Below, one piece after another: positions 24,436 to 38,446 of a stretch of 64,000 nt of DNA (its first letter is position 1; each line of letters opens with the position of its first letter). Source of the stretch: Sarea resinae (lineage: Eukaryota); assembly GCA_026026165.1 (NCBI GenBank), contig JAPEUD010000023.1, positions 124,001 to 188,000 of the forward strand, written 5' to 3'. The notes under the pieces were generated by a model. That model searched no databases and was not told the DNA's origin. It saw nothing but the letters and a program-made list of their open reading frames with translations. A program made the position numbers and the translations under genes.

Positions 24436-25725
24436 TTATGTGATTTTGGCTGACGTTGACGTTTTTGCTTCTCCACATGGAAAGCATGGGATTCTTTATC
24501 CTGGGATACTGCCACGGATATGCACAGTCGAGTGCTGTGGAGGATGTGTTTCTTGCCCGACGGGGACGGGGCCGGGGCCGGGGCCGACGGCGTGATACGC
24601 CCTGTAGAGCAGAGCAGAGCAGTGTACGGATCGGCCCTGATCTACCCTGAAATAGAGTTAGGTATGCTCTGTATGGCCCATGTAACGATTCCGTTGCATC
24701 AGCTGCAGCACTTAATCATGACCATATGTACTCTAGAAACGGCAACGAGAAGCAGGAGGGTTGAACCTCGCCGTCTGTATCGAGCTATAGAGTATTCAGC
24801 GCTGGCTGGCAGACCGCGCGGTGGCGCGGTGTGCTCTGTGGCCATGGTTTTTTTTTCATCGAATAATAGACAAAAGCAGTGGGGAGATACGAAGCGTAGA
24901 CGGTCGTTCGTTGGCTTAGAGTAATGTGCTAACAGAATCCCGTACCCTACTTCAGGACATCGGAAATACTCTATGTAGTCGATGAACTGTTTGGCGGGGA
25001 AAACAGTGGGGAACGAATGGGGCCGGGGGGGACTCGGGAGCCGGGACTCTGGGGATCGTGTGAAGGAGACGAGATGGGAGGCGGGCTCTCGTTGGTGGGG
25101 TGAAGTGAGTGGTCAGTGGGCACAGAGAGCAAGTCGGAAACCACGAGATTTATTTGCCATGTTTACATCAGATAGATCACCAAAAAGATCTGTTCAGGAA
25201 ATCTGTCTTGGAGACAGATACCGTCTATCTGGGAGGTCGAGGTCTTCATTCTCGCATCTATGCCTAATGGTTTTGACAATGCATACAAAGAAGAGATATT
25301 CAAGTTTCTCCCTCTGCAGATGATATAGAATCTCAATCTGATCTCAAGTATAACACAACAGAGAACGTAAGTACTGTGAAAGAAGTGAAAGTAGTCCGTC
25401 AGATCCCCATTGGCTTTTCTCAGATATAAACGCTAGCTAAGAATCCTATTGGACTTGCCAGCCAGCCAACCAGCCAGCCAGAATAGAATATGTGAGATCT
25501 GAAAAGCGTTTGAAAAGCGTTCGCTTCGTGGGCTGTAATATCGCAATGGTATCCAACCCGAGGAACGCCAGGGTCCTGTTCCTGTCCAACGCCGTTATCC
25601 TGCCAGGGGTGTTACATGCAATAGGGGTTTCGTGAGTGTGGTTTCATACAAGTCGTTGGGAGAGTGATAATGAGAGTAACGAGAGAAGTGGGAAAACAAT
25701 CAAGACGAAGGTCTGTTCGGATACG

Positions 25726-27068
25726 CTATTCCGCGATCGAGACTGTGGCCGCATGAGCATCCTCCTGCTTTTTGTTCAGGCGAGCATGTTCACGCCTGAT
25801 GCCATAGTTGACGGCGTCGAGGACAGTATCAACCGTCATCTTGGGCTGGTACGCGGGCACCGTGCCATCCTGGAAGACACCAGTGCGGACGAGGATGGAA
25901 TACCAGGTGTTCTCGGAAGAATCGTTGAACTCGTTGGTGCCGCGAACATCAGATTCAGGGGTGTCGCCGACGAAATAGACGGTCTCTGGGGGCTTATTGA
26001 TGCCGTGAGTATCCTTGCGCCATTGTTGAAGGAGACGAGTGGCGAATTGGAAGGTGCCAATTTGGGGCTTGCCGAAAGCGGTCGTCTCGAGCTCCTTGCC
26101 GGTAACGGCCTTGTACATGGCCTCTAATGAGGCTCGTAGAGCGCCCATGCCGATTCTCGTCAGCTCGTGGGATGCGGACCAGACGACGTCGTTGTGGGAG
26201 AAGAAGAGTGGGGGCCCCTCTTGGAAGCTCTGCGATCGGGTACCAAGTCTGCCATTCTTCGACATAAGCAAGTCCAAGATAATCTGCTGGTCACCAGCCC
26301 AGTCGCGGCTATCGGCAAAGACGAAGATGGCCTCGATGTTGACCTTGGAGAAATCCCGATCCCTCGAATTGTTCCACTCCTCCTCGGTAAGTTTTCGGAA
26401 TGGAGTGGTATCAGAGTTGTGTTTGATGATGTCTCCGGGGGTGACGACATCCTTGAACCCATAGCCCTCAGCGACATGTCGGCACTTTTCTCCCTCACCG
26501 CCAACGACCAGGACGGTGCCAAATTTCTCGGCCATTTCCCGCATCGGCGTGTGACCGCAGATGAATTGGCCAGGAGAGACATCAATGTCCAACTGCTTGC
26601 TCAGATCGAGGCAGCGTTCCTGCTCGGTCTTTCCGCCACCATTCGTGACGAAAATGTAGGGACTGAAATCATTAGCTTTGGAGGCCAAGACACATCTACA
26701 ATGACTTACATTTTGATGCCGAATTCGTTCTCACCATTGAGGACTTTCATCGCCTCGATGGCTTCTGGGATCGGCCTTCCGCCACGGATCAAAACGCCGT
26801 CGATATCGAAAGCAAAAGCGTAATTGTCGGTGACACTCGTCTCACGGGGGGTTTGGGGCTCAGTGTCTGACGACGAGTCGTCCATCTTCTGCCGAGCCAT
26901 TTCCATAGCCACAGCCGTCTCATGCTGGGCGTCGACTTTGGCCATGAATCGCCTGGGCGGCATGACCACCGAGGGTCCAAAGGCCAGATCCTCGCTCGTG
27001 GCATCGCGCGAGCTCAGCCGGCGGATATAGCCTGGCCTCTTGGGCGGAGCAAGCGTTTGAGTAGTCAT
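25726..27068 (-). CDS. HAD-superfamily subfamily IIA hydrolase, CECR5/HDHD5-like
   Basis: Exons 27068-26710 and 26662-25726. Motifs FAFDIDGVL, VTNGGG, FGKP and VGDTPESDVRG. Confidence 0.93.
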
Positions 27069-27218
27069 CTTGAAAGATGTGCGGTGATGATCAACCAATG
27101 AGTCTTTTTAGATGCAACAAGTGCTGTGTCGAAAGCCTAGTCACGGACTTTTGAATGATATAAAATATGGGATATTTGCGAGACTCCAGCCCCAGGCAGA
27201 TGAGGCCGTCCCTGGGTT

Positions 27219-27225
27219 CTTATAT
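27219..27225 (-). promoter_or_regulatory. Putative TATA box (TATATAA) of the HAD gene
   Basis: Reverse complement of ttatata, about 150 nt upstream of the ATG at 27068. Confidence 0.45.
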
Positions 27226-30200
27226 AGGAATGCCATGGTAGGGTTGATCGGGAGCGTAATCCTTAGTCACGGCTAGAGATAGAGGAAGTTACCGTATCCT
27301 CTTTGGTGATTTCCTAGATGGTTTAGTCTCGGCCATTCACGGTGACTTCGATGGAAGAGGTGTGAGCGGCTTCGGGGGAGGTGATCCGGGGCAGTGAGAC
27401 GGACGGGCTGCTGTAGAGTATGGCGAGAGAGGAGAAGAGGGCCTGGAGCCAGGGGAGGCAGGGGAGCGAGGGGACGAGGGGGGGGGTACGGGTAGGGTTG
27501 GAGGGGCCCTGCGTCATGATCGACTAGGGTAGGATAGAGTACAACGGACGGCTCAGCCAGACCAGTCGACAAGGAAGTAGGTAAGAAGTACTCCTTTTCC
27601 AGCAAAGCTAAGAAGGGCCGAGGGGGCCCAGATGGGCGATGAGGGTAAAAACGTCTCAAGGTTCACCCCAAAGGCGGCCAAAGACCAGTCCGCCGCACGG
27701 TACGACCGATGGGGTAAAGTAGGCGATAGCCCACTCGAAGTCTGGATGGCCACGGCCTCAACCGCGTATTACTAGTACATACAGAGTAGAGTACTCCGTA
27801 GTAAGAGTAATACGCAGTCTGCCGTGCTCGAGAGTACCATGGCGCTGCAGGCTGGGGCATGGGGCCGTGGCTGAGCATGACCCCAACGAATCTTCCCCAG
27901 CCCACACTCCTGACCCGTTGATACGGAGAGGGGTATCGGTACAGATGGTACAGATAGATCTAGTACCGAAGAGGTGCAGTGCCTCCCCGTGCTCTCTGCG
28001 CGTCTGCCTCTTGATGTCACTCTTCCCCCGATCCACCAATCATCTGGCCCACACCGGCGCACCCACACACATGGCGGGGCAGTCGACGTGCAGGCTGCAA
28101 ATGGGCACATTCTGGACAGAGATTCAGGGTCTTGGAGGGGTCGCCAGTGCTACAGTACAGCATTGTACCGCATCGTTCTGCATTACCCGTCTTCGCCATC
28201 GAGATACCGATGACGCCTACGACTATTGCCATACCGTTCGGAAGAGGCATCTGAGGGAAATTGCTTGATGGGGTACGTCAGCATGCAACCCCTCACCCTT
28301 CGAGCTCGCCCCTGGTCCCTACTATGTAAGTCCCTATCTCGACGCAGTACTCTACATAGGTAGCTAGTGAGGTGCCCTAGAGAGCACCTGCAAACTGTTT
28401 CCCCAGGAACGAGCCTCTCAGCGAATGAATTGGACCCCGTGTGTGGCACTTGGTGTGAAGACTGCGAGAACCGTATCGGCACAGATTACTGCTCTTCCCG
28501 GCTTTGGCCGACCATGTTCCTGAGGATCCCATGTGGTAGACTTCAGCACGAACCGCTCGCGGTTACAGACAGACGGCAGGCAGACTCGCAACCGAGGCTA
28601 CGTCTTGACAACCCCGAACAAGCCCAGGGCTTTGACCTGTTCGTGTTTTTGCAACAATACTCTACTATCCATGAGACTGCTTGGACCAAGCACATTGCTA
28701 GACGAGTAATCATAATGACAGGGGATCTAGTACCTGCAAGTGATATTCTCATACTCTAGGACGGTTCATTGGAAGCTGGAGGCTGTGACGATGACAATAA
28801 TAGCGCTCGTTGTGTCTTTCGCCGCCTCCCCACAATCAACCGAACGGTCAATGTCAATGGACGTTTCGTTGAGAGATAAGGTAAGCCCACGCCATCATGC
28901 AGATCATAGCTAAGCCCCAACTGCCGGCGGAGAAAAGAGAAAAAAGACGCAAAGCCAGCCTTTCGATTTCCATCTGAAGCGCTTCCACTGAGCACCCCTC
29001 CTCTCACTCCCATGTACTGTCCCGCGGCGCGAAGTCTATCTGCAGCGCTTTCACGTGCTGGGAACAACCTCACGCATGGATGTGCCATCCCATGTGCGAG
29101 GATCCTTTGAAGATGACAACGCTCGTAAAGATACCCTACAGTAATTGCCGTAAAACAAGGCCACCAGGAAGCTTAAGTTTAACTTTGGCAATATACCTGA
29201 TTCTGGCATCCCGCTCGTCCTTTTTGGTCAAGGCCCAAATTCTAAAAGCGCGCAACGCGGTAAGGCAGACGGTTACTTCAACAGTCAGAACCATGAGGCA
29301 GGGGATGCATCATCGACGGGAATAGGATCCGATCAGCGCCATCATCTCCTTCACCAGTCATGCATGCACTGCATGTCGCTCTGAGCCTGCGGAGGGCCAA
29401 CCGTCATGCCAAAACGCAACGCCGAATTGGATTATTCCCTTAGTCTCGATTATGCGAACCGCGCGTGTCGTCGACGTCACGGTTCGTTGCTGTGGCATGT
29501 GCCTGTCAATGTCAATACCTCAATCCATTCAGATGCAAGAAGGGCAAAAGGCTCGACGACAAGGCAGCCATCTGCGATGCTTAATGTTCCGTGATGTTGT
29601 CTGCAATGCAATGCTACCCCTTCTCGCCCATCTACTGATTTGACCACCGACTCATCTCAGCTAGCGCTATATCAGGCAGAGGGGTTCTCGTCTACATACC
29701 TACCATATCATCCCATGGATGCGTGTTCGGCTTTAATAGCTCATCTTCGACCTTTTCCTAATTCTCTCAAACCTCGAAATGACGAGAGGTGCTCGAGACG
29801 TTGCCCTTCCGCAGCCCTGGCGACAAGGCGGTCACAGACTCGACAAGTAAGCATCCAGTCAGCTGCCACCACCAGTAGACATCCATTCCCCTCCAGCATG
29901 CCGCTGAGAAAGAGACATCACATCAAATCATATCATATCAAATCATATCATATCATATCATGTTCGTCGAAGCCGAAACCATCAGCTGTCTTCGATCTTC
30001 ACAAGCACAGAACATGGAACAGTGCGCAGCCAACCTCCTTATGCAAGAAGGCGAACTCACTCGATCAGCCCTGTCGCCGATGGCATCTATCATACCGTGT
30101 TTCTCCGTCCCTCCCTGCCATCCATCCATCCATCCCGCAATCGTGCATGCAGGGTAAGATGCACTAGGCATCAGACGATATCCCATGCCATCCCATGAGA

Positions 30201-32771
30201 CCCCAGCCGCAATCGCAAACACATACTCTGCCTCGTGTCAGCGTCCCGATAGTTTGCCTCGAGGTCCCAATAACAACCTGACGCGGCGCATCACCGAAAC
30301 AATTCCCCGCATCGTAGCATAGCCGCCGTACTCTGGAGCAATGGCGTCGGCCATCAAGCCCCGGGACCGGCAATCTTCTCATGCACTCTAGTCCCTCTCT
30401 TTCTCTCGCTCTCTCACCACCGCGTCCCCGCCATCTCCCTCCTCCCCGCCATCTTGACTAGTGCTCGTGCTGCACGTCAAATGGCAACAGGAAATGATCC
30501 GCGCTATGCAGGAGCATCCAAAAATGACGACTCCGAAGCCGCCGTGAACGTGAGTAAGCATGAGAGTATTTGTATTAACCTCTTTCATCCATACATACAT
30601 CCATACATCGGGTGACTATCGCTTGCTTAACAATGAAGACATACCCTCCCTCACACTGATCTAGGGCGATGATAACATGGAAATAAAATGAATAGGATAT
30701 GGAAAGACGCAAAGTGAGGTGTAGTACAGCACTACGTACGTAGGTAGGCAAGGTAGACAGGCCGGCAGACGGACGTATCATGAGTACGAAAGCCCTAGCA
30801 GGGCAAATAGTAGTCGCAGGACGTAGATGAGGGAGCATAGTAAGTAAGTAATCAACCAAGCAAGCAAGCAATTTGAACAGCCCAGCAGACAGGCAAAGCA
30901 CCTAGACAAACAAACAGACGGGACTCCGTCACCACCACCACCCAGCCTCCTCTCACTCTACCTACCTTCCCCCTCAATGCAGCTACCCAGACCTCCATAA
31001 AGCAGCAGTGGTCAAAAGAGCGATGAAAAGAGGAGAAGGATAAAAGAAGCCAACAAGCAAATCCAAGCCCCAGACGCCTTTCAACAGACAGCCTTTGTCA
31101 CAGACGCCGCAATCGTTGGCCCTCATTTATCAGCGAACGTAATAAGTATCAAAGCAAACCGGGAGCCAGGCACTGTAGGAACAAACGACCACGCCTCCAC
31201 CGCTCTTCCAGCCGCCTCCCGTCCTCTATGTACGAGCAAAAGTCCGCTGCCGAAAAAGATGAATGGAAGCATGAACGTCACCCGGATCAGCCACAACTAC
31301 TCCACTCCAGCTATCACCATATCAATATCGATATCAATATCCCAAGATATCGCGCTTCCTAGGGCACAAAGCTGTTCTCTAAAATCTCAGCTCACTCACG
31401 TATTGACGAGACTTTTCTTCCTCTTCTCCGTGATGAGTAGGTAGGCAGTTCATAAACTCCGGACGCTCGTAGGAAACGTGTTGTCTGTCAATGAGGCGGG
31501 ACGAACGAGCGAGCGAACGAACGGTGCCTGGCTAGCTGGCTGGTTGGTGATCTAGGAGGTCTAGTAGTCAGCGCTCGATAGCATCGAAGTTATAATATGA
31601 TCCAATATCCTACCCTCTCTCTTTCTCCCCCATCCTTTCCCGCCCTATCCTGTCCCGTCCCGCCCTATCCCATCCCATCCCATCACCACGTCTTAGACAG
31701 TCGAACACCACGACATTCAGCCTTTCCCAGGAGATAGGTTTCATACCTAGCTACATTGGCAGCCATGACATGACATCCAATGCCATGGAATTCTCCACCT
31801 GCATCCCCAACGGCCTCGGAATCTCAGGTCTCAGTGGAGATCCGGACTCTCTGGTAGGAGATAGGTATGCGCACGTTTCCCGGAATCGACCAAGCCAGAC
31901 TTCCTCAGGCCTGGAGACGACGACATCGAAGACCTTCGGGCTTGCTTGCTTTGCCCTCGGACTCAAGCCTCAGCCATTCACTCACTCCCTCACTCACTCC
32001 CTCACTCACTCCCTCACTCACTCCCCCACTCCCGCTCGCCCGCCATCCTCTCGTCCCTCTCCACATTCGATCGAGACAGTCGAGACAGTCAAGCACGCCC
32101 GCATGCAGGGCGCAAGGACCAGAGACCTCCTAGCTGAATACTTCAGCACCAGCAGTATCAGGACGAAGGAGAAAAGCCGACACGACGCGACGCAACTGGA
32201 CAAACCCTCTCTAAGCAGAAGAAAACTGCTACCAGTACCCCAATAACCCAGACAACAGCTTCCCAGGAACCACTCAACCCAACCCATCTCCATCTCCATC
32301 TCTGTCTCCTCGTGGTCATGGTCCAGGGGGGGCTAGGGAACAGCCAACGCTCACCAAAGCCTCTCATCATCCTCCTCCCCATCTCCTCTCCTTAGTAGTA
32401 ATGAAAGCCACTTCTCTCACCCCCACCCACCCCGTCCCTCCCCTCAAAAACCATCGAGGACATCAATCAATCAATCAATCATATACCCATCTATCCAGCC
32501 GATCCATCGATATCAACCCCGAGAGAGTCAAGCCAAATACCTACCTTAAGCCCAGCTGCTGCATCGAATCCACGTGAGGGCATATCGGCTTTGTGAAGGG
32601 AATAGGACAGAGACGGTAAAGTAACGTGCCGTTTAGGTCGTCTGTGAAGTGATGCCAGATATACCACCAGCCATACCACCGAGACGGTGGAGATGATTAC
32701 CTTACCACCTCACGCTATCGGCCAACAGGATAACCCACGATCATCACATCCAGCTCCCCTCCTCTCTCCCC

Positions 32772-32772
<1 letters not shown>

Positions 32773-32814
<42 letters not shown>
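32773..32814. repeat. Poly(C)/poly(G) homopolymer, about 42 nt
   Basis: Read directly. Confidence 0.95.
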
Positions 32815-32817
<3 letters not shown>

Positions 32818-33839
32818 CCTCCTACCGCCCGTGGGTAACACAACAAAACACAACAAAACCAAACGCAGATCGAGCGAGCGCGCGACCTCCAGATCTCCAG
32901 AAAAACATCCGGTCCCATAGCCCAGATGGACTCATCCGCCGAACATCCACATGGTCAATCGATCGACCGACCGATCAATCGACCGAGCGTGTGGTGGATG
33001 CCCAATGGCCGGAATGACTTGAGCATTGGATTTCGCTCTGTAGAGCAGAACCCTGCTGCTGAAAGCCCGCTGCTGAAAGCCCGCTGAAGCTACGGGATGC
33101 TCCCTCCCTCACACTCTCTCTCTCCCAACGAGCCAAACGTTCTGTCCTATTTTTGTTTTTCATTTTTTTTGGGGCGGGGCGGGGCGCGTGATTAGCTGGG
33201 AGAGATCGAATCGAATCGATTCTCGACTATTGCTCGTTCCGTGGAAGACGATGGCCTCCACCAATCTACCTACCTGGAACGGATTAGACTGCTGGAATGG
33301 AGAGCCTGCTTGATGCTCTAGCAGTGGCTGGGAGAAGCTTCCACCAAATCGTCGTGGTTCCTGAAGCTTGATTGAGGATGCCAGAAACAGAAACAGCAAC
33401 GGCGTTGCGACACAGCAAGCAACATATCCCAAAGTCAGACTCAAACCCATCCAGGTACAGACAAAGGGGCAGATTCAACTCCGTTGATGACATTGCTAAA
33501 TTAAACATCAAAGGCGAAACAACAACGACGACAATGTCCCCCTCTCCATCCCTCCATCCGTCCATACTGCCCACAAAAGGAAAGAGACTAGGATACATAA
33601 ATGACCATTTTGAGCAATATCTAATACTGCACACCGCGCAACCCCCCTCGCTCACCAGTGGAAGATGATAATGTTATTGCGCATATGTTCTCTTCATGTA
33701 TATTGGTCCTGGCACTGCGTCTGGTCTGGTGTGCTTCGTCGCCTCCGTGCTAGTGGTTCGATGTCAAATTTCATCATGTCTTAAAACACAGCATGACTTC
33801 CCAAGTAGGCTAGCCGTGTCAAATCTCCTGAGAGGCTGT

Positions 33840-34693
33840 TCAGCACTTGACATCAAGGGCGGCCTTGGAGTTCATCAAGAGCGCCACGATAAGCCCGTAG
33901 AGACCTGTGAAATCAAGTCAGTAAGAGAAAAGAAGCGCTAGGCCTCGAGTACTGACCCAAAACTTCGGCGAAAATAAGAATCAAGATCATGCCGACGAAT
34001 AGTCTTGGTTGTTGAGCCGTTCCTCGGACACCCGCATCACCAACGATACCAATAGCGAATCTTGTGATGGTTAGTGAAGAAACTTTCACTGTGGAATATC
34101 ATGACACACCCAGCAGCCAAACCAGCCAAACCGACACTCAGCCCAGCCCCAAGCTGGATGAATCCAGTATACAAGGCCAGTTGTTGTTTCAGATTCGAGG
34201 AAATGAGGACCGACACGACGAGACCGTAGATGGCAATGATACCAGCCATAATGACGGGGACAATGTCTGTTCACGCATTAGGTGTGGAGTTCGGGAGCCC
34301 GGCGGCCCATGATGGTAGTAGACATACTCTTGACGATCAAGTCTGGTCGCAGAACACCCATAGCAGAGATACCGACGCCGGACTTGGCGGTACCGTATGC
34401 GGCGCCGAAGCAGGTGAAGACGATGGCTGAGGTGCAACCCATAGCGCCGAAGAAGGGCTAGAGGAATTGTTAGCTCGAGTAGATCCGCATTCGAGATCTC
34501 ATGTGAATCTCGCCGCCTGATGGGAATTGAAGGTCGAGATTTGATGAGATTGGAGTTGGGGAGTAGGCTTTTGTCGGATATACTGACAGCATAGACGGGG
34601 CTGGAAGGACAGAATGTTAGTAGATGTTCTCATTTCCAAGATATTGGGAACTTGTCCTCGGAGCCAAGCTCCGGCTTATCGAGGAAGGGAAAG

Positions 34694-34732
<39 letters not shown>

Positions 34733-34756
34733 AACTTACCAGAGATCTGAAGACAT
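33840..34756 (-). CDS. VMA3: V-ATPase 16-kDa proteolipid subunit c
   Basis: Multi-exon: [37 protein letters not shown]...[14 protein letters not shown]...[55 protein letters not shown]. Includes a 13-nt exon 34600-34588 and a (CAG)n tract in intron 1. Confidence 0.97.
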
Positions 34757-35986
34757 CTTGACGACGGTGAGGAGTAGCCTGAGCAGTAACAAGTGGAAAG
34801 ATAAGGAGAGAGAAATAGAATGAGGCTACTGATGAGGTCTTGAGGGTCGGTCAAGTTCGAAGTCGATATAGCTTTCTGCTTCTTCTGTTGATGATGCGGA
34901 GAGTCGTCGTTTGGAGGCGAAGAGAGCTCCCTGCCACGTGACCTGCAGACGAATCTCGCCAGCATCCATTTGATGGATCTTGGTAGTACCTCGTACCACG
35001 GGCGGGCCCATCGGACTGCATCACGGATCTTATTCATGGACGGCTCCAGGTCAACGAGATATATTGACTGGTATGAAGCTTCGCACCACTCTCAGGGTGC
35101 TGAACCAAGGCGACGGGTACTCGAAATATCAATGTCGAGGATATACATGGCCACCAACCATGGCCGGGTGGTCTACAAGTATCGCAAAGGCTAGGAAATG
35201 ATACTGCCGGCACTGATGCTGCTTCCTTTCAGGAGCTGATGGACCTTCAGAACGCTTGAGCAAATGTCCCTGGGCTTCAAGCCTTTTCCGAAGGATCCTC
35301 GAAGCAGTTGGACGCGTCAGGAGTATAGAGGGCATTCTCACGCAGAGACTACGAAGGGCATTCGTCTGCATTCGTCTCGTCTCTTGTTGTCAGCGAGGGC
35401 CCTCAGTACTACTTTGCTTGCCGTTGCACATCTTGGGGCCGTTCCATCCAGCCCACCGACCAGCTGTCTTGTGCCATGGCATGTGCGTCCTTGAGCAAGA
35501 TGCCTCCATGCAGACTATAGAACGAAGGCATCGAGATATCGTAGAACAGAATCGGGCTCCTTTGCAGGTATTTCTCGTATTTCTCTGGTGGCATGGCCTG
35601 CCAGAACATGGTCGCGAGTTCGTGATGATCATTGGAATAGCCATACCTTACCTCGCTTCACGGCCTGGGGCCTCTACGCAGTAAATGATGCTGCTCGAGA
35701 TACACTCCGAGTACAGTGACCTGCACGACTGCGCCGTCTCGCTATCCGTACTCCATGTCGCACTGGCGCCCCATCGCACCCGCACTAACGTACTAAATTT
35801 CATATCCATCGCCGACTGAGAACTTCAGATCTTTCATCCGTCGCAAATCCCATCCCGCCAGCACCAGCACCAGCACCAGCATCCAACCAAGTGCAAAAGG
35901 GCGAGCCAACGCAAGGAACCCTTTGCCCGACTCCAATTACATCTCTTCTCGCCACTTCCCGACATCACATCTCCGTCGCAGCACAG

Positions 35987-36584
35987 ATGGCCGACAATGG
36001 AGCAGGTACGACACCTCAAACGCCTTTCTCCCCATGCGCACACAGATAGACGAATTTGGACACAGTAATACTGACATGTCCTTTGCACCAACAGCATGGC
36101 CCGTGGCCGACCAGGCGCTGAGCCAAGAGATCCTCGACCTGGTGCAGCAAGCCTCGCACTTCCGCCAGCTGAAGAAGGGAGCCAACGAAGGTGCGTTCAC
36201 GCCCCGACCCCACCCCCCACAAATGTCCCAATGACTACTAAATCCTCTGCGACGACCAACAGCGACCAAGACGCTCAACCGCGGCATCTCCGAGATCATC
36301 ATCCTGGCCGCCGACACGTCCCCGCTCGCCATCCTACTGCATCTGCCCCTGGTCGCCGAAGACAAGAACGTTTGTCTCACCTCTCTCATCGATCCACCCT
36401 TCTTGCGATACTAACAACCCCCTCGCAGGTCCCATACGTGTACGTCCCTTCGAAAGCCGCTCTCGGCCGCGCCTGCGGTGTCAGCCGTGCCGTCATCGCC
36501 GCGAGCATCACCACGAACGAGGCCAGCGACCTGACGGCGCAGATCCGCGCGCTCAAGGACAAGGTGGAGAGACTGATGATCTAG
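35987..36584 (+). CDS. SNU13: Box C/D snoRNP and U4 snRNP K-turn-binding protein Snu13/15.5K
   Basis: Four exons. [50 protein letters not shown]...[24 protein letters not shown]. Confidence 0.97.
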
Positions 36585-37701
36585 GCCCGGGCCGGTTTTG
36601 GGGTTAGTCGAATGTATGCCGCAAGGAAGAGATAGAGGTGGCGAATAGCCGCTTCTCTTTCTGGGCGTGACAAGAAGAATTGGAATTGGAATCAAATGAG
36701 ATATATCAAAGACTTCTCAACATATCCCTCTGTGCACTCTCCCACTGCTTGAACGAATCGGGGATCGTGCCCGCATGCTGCTCAACCAACAAGAACTACA
36801 ATTTCTGCGATACGTTCAGATCTGAAAACCACTCATTCGACTACAGTCACAGGCAATGTCTTCGAAATCCTTGGGTCCTCCCCATAAACATGCACATACA
36901 CATAAAGTACACGCCTACCTAGACACCCCTGCCATTGCCATTATCATTAGCATTCCAATACTAATGCCCATACCGTTCCAATACCATTCCAATACCAATC
37001 ATCACCTTCCTTTCTGCTTTCAACCCCTATACAACCATCTCTCTCTCTCCCTTTCCTCCGCCCGCCCGCCCGCCCGCCCGCCTAACTAGTCATGATCAAT
37101 CACAACAGAACCACTAGACCATCCCAAAAAACACCCCAAAAAACACCCCAAACATATCCCCTTTCCTCTCGTCACCCATCCATCTCCTCTCCGCTCTTCA
37201 TGTTCCGCTTCCCCCTTTACTGTCCCCCATTTCCCTTTCCGTTTGCTTATCTCATCCAGCACATCTCTACGTCTCTATATCTCTACGTCTCCACGTCTCC
37301 ATCCACGCCCTCTCTATCCACGCCCTCTCCATACACGCCATCTCCATCTCTATCCACTCCGTCAACTCTATTACTTCTAGCCCATCCTCTCTCCCCTTTC
37401 CTCTCTCTCTACCCATCCCTCCCTTCCCTCACTCCTTTCCCTGTCCTGTTCCTGTCCTGTTCCTGTCCTGTTCCTGTCCTGTTTCTGTCCTGTTCCCCGT
37501 TCCGCTTCCTTGACTGTCCCCCTGTCTCATCTACCACGTCTCCATCTCCTCTATCCACTCTATCTACTCTACTACCTCACTTACCTGTCGACTTACTCAC
37601 CTACTATACCTACCTAGCAACGAGCGTACTTTGTGAAAGAAAATTAGCTAGCTACCTACCCACCCACCTACTCGTAGAAGAGCCATTGAAGAGATGTTCG
37701 G

Positions 37702-37762
37702 GTAAGAGCCGTTCAAGTAAGAGCCGTTCAAGTAAGAGCCGTTCAAGTAAGAGCCGTTCAAG
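37702..37762 (+). repeat. 15-bp tandem repeat (GTAAGAGCCGTTCAA) x4 inside a low-complexity intergenic tract
   Basis: Read directly. The surrounding 37.0-38.5 kb also carries (CT)n, (GT)n, (CCTGTT)n and (GACGTT)n. Confidence 0.9.
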
Positions 37763-38409
37763 AACCCTTGGGATCTAGATACAATGATACACAGATCCAC
37801 AGATACACAGACACACAGATACAAAATAGACGTTGGCATTGACGTTGACGTTGACGTTGACATTGACGAAAACATTTGTCTACCTACACATATCCACGCA
37901 TGCCTGCTCTATATTCCCTCTCATATATATCTCTCCCTTATCTCTCTCTTATATATGTACATCTCTCTCTCTCTCTTTCTCTCTCTCTCTTTCTCTCTCT
38001 CTCTTTCTCTCTCTCTCTCTTCCTGCGGCTGCTTAAAAACGTAGGTAGTTAGTTATTTCCGTCTCTTATGTGTGCTTGTGCGTGCTTGCATCTCTTCCCC
38101 TCCCTCCTCTCCCTCCCTCCCTCCCTCCCCTCCCACCATCCATCTGTTACTTGACCAATCCAATCGCTGGCCGAAAGGAGCTACCGCCAAAGAAAAAGCA
38201 AAAGCAAAAGCAGAAAGCATGTAAGAAAAGCCAGAACGAAAGCCCCGAACGAAAAAAAAAAAACCCCCCCAAAAAAACGAGAAAACAAATTAATAAGGGC
38301 GGCAAAGTTGGTTGGTTGGTTGCTGCTGGACGTATTATTCATCGATCTATCTTATCTACCTACCTACTCCGTGTCTAGTAAGCATTCGTTTTGCCGTGCG
38401 GGGCGTACG

Positions 38410-38446
<37 letters not shown>

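Noticed and set aside
24401..24438. Interstitial telomere or telomerase template
   Set aside because: The unit is TAGGG, not TTAGGG, and it is one of many pentamer microsatellites in the window.
33052..33090. CTTTCAGCGGGC-like match to the vertebrate telomerase pseudoknot on the minus strand
   Set aside because: It is a local 14-bp tandem duplication, with no template or partner strand nearby.
34970..35684. Overlapping short ORFs between VMA3 and SNU13
   Set aside because: No recognisable domain or consistent exon chain. Probably promoter or intergenic DNA.
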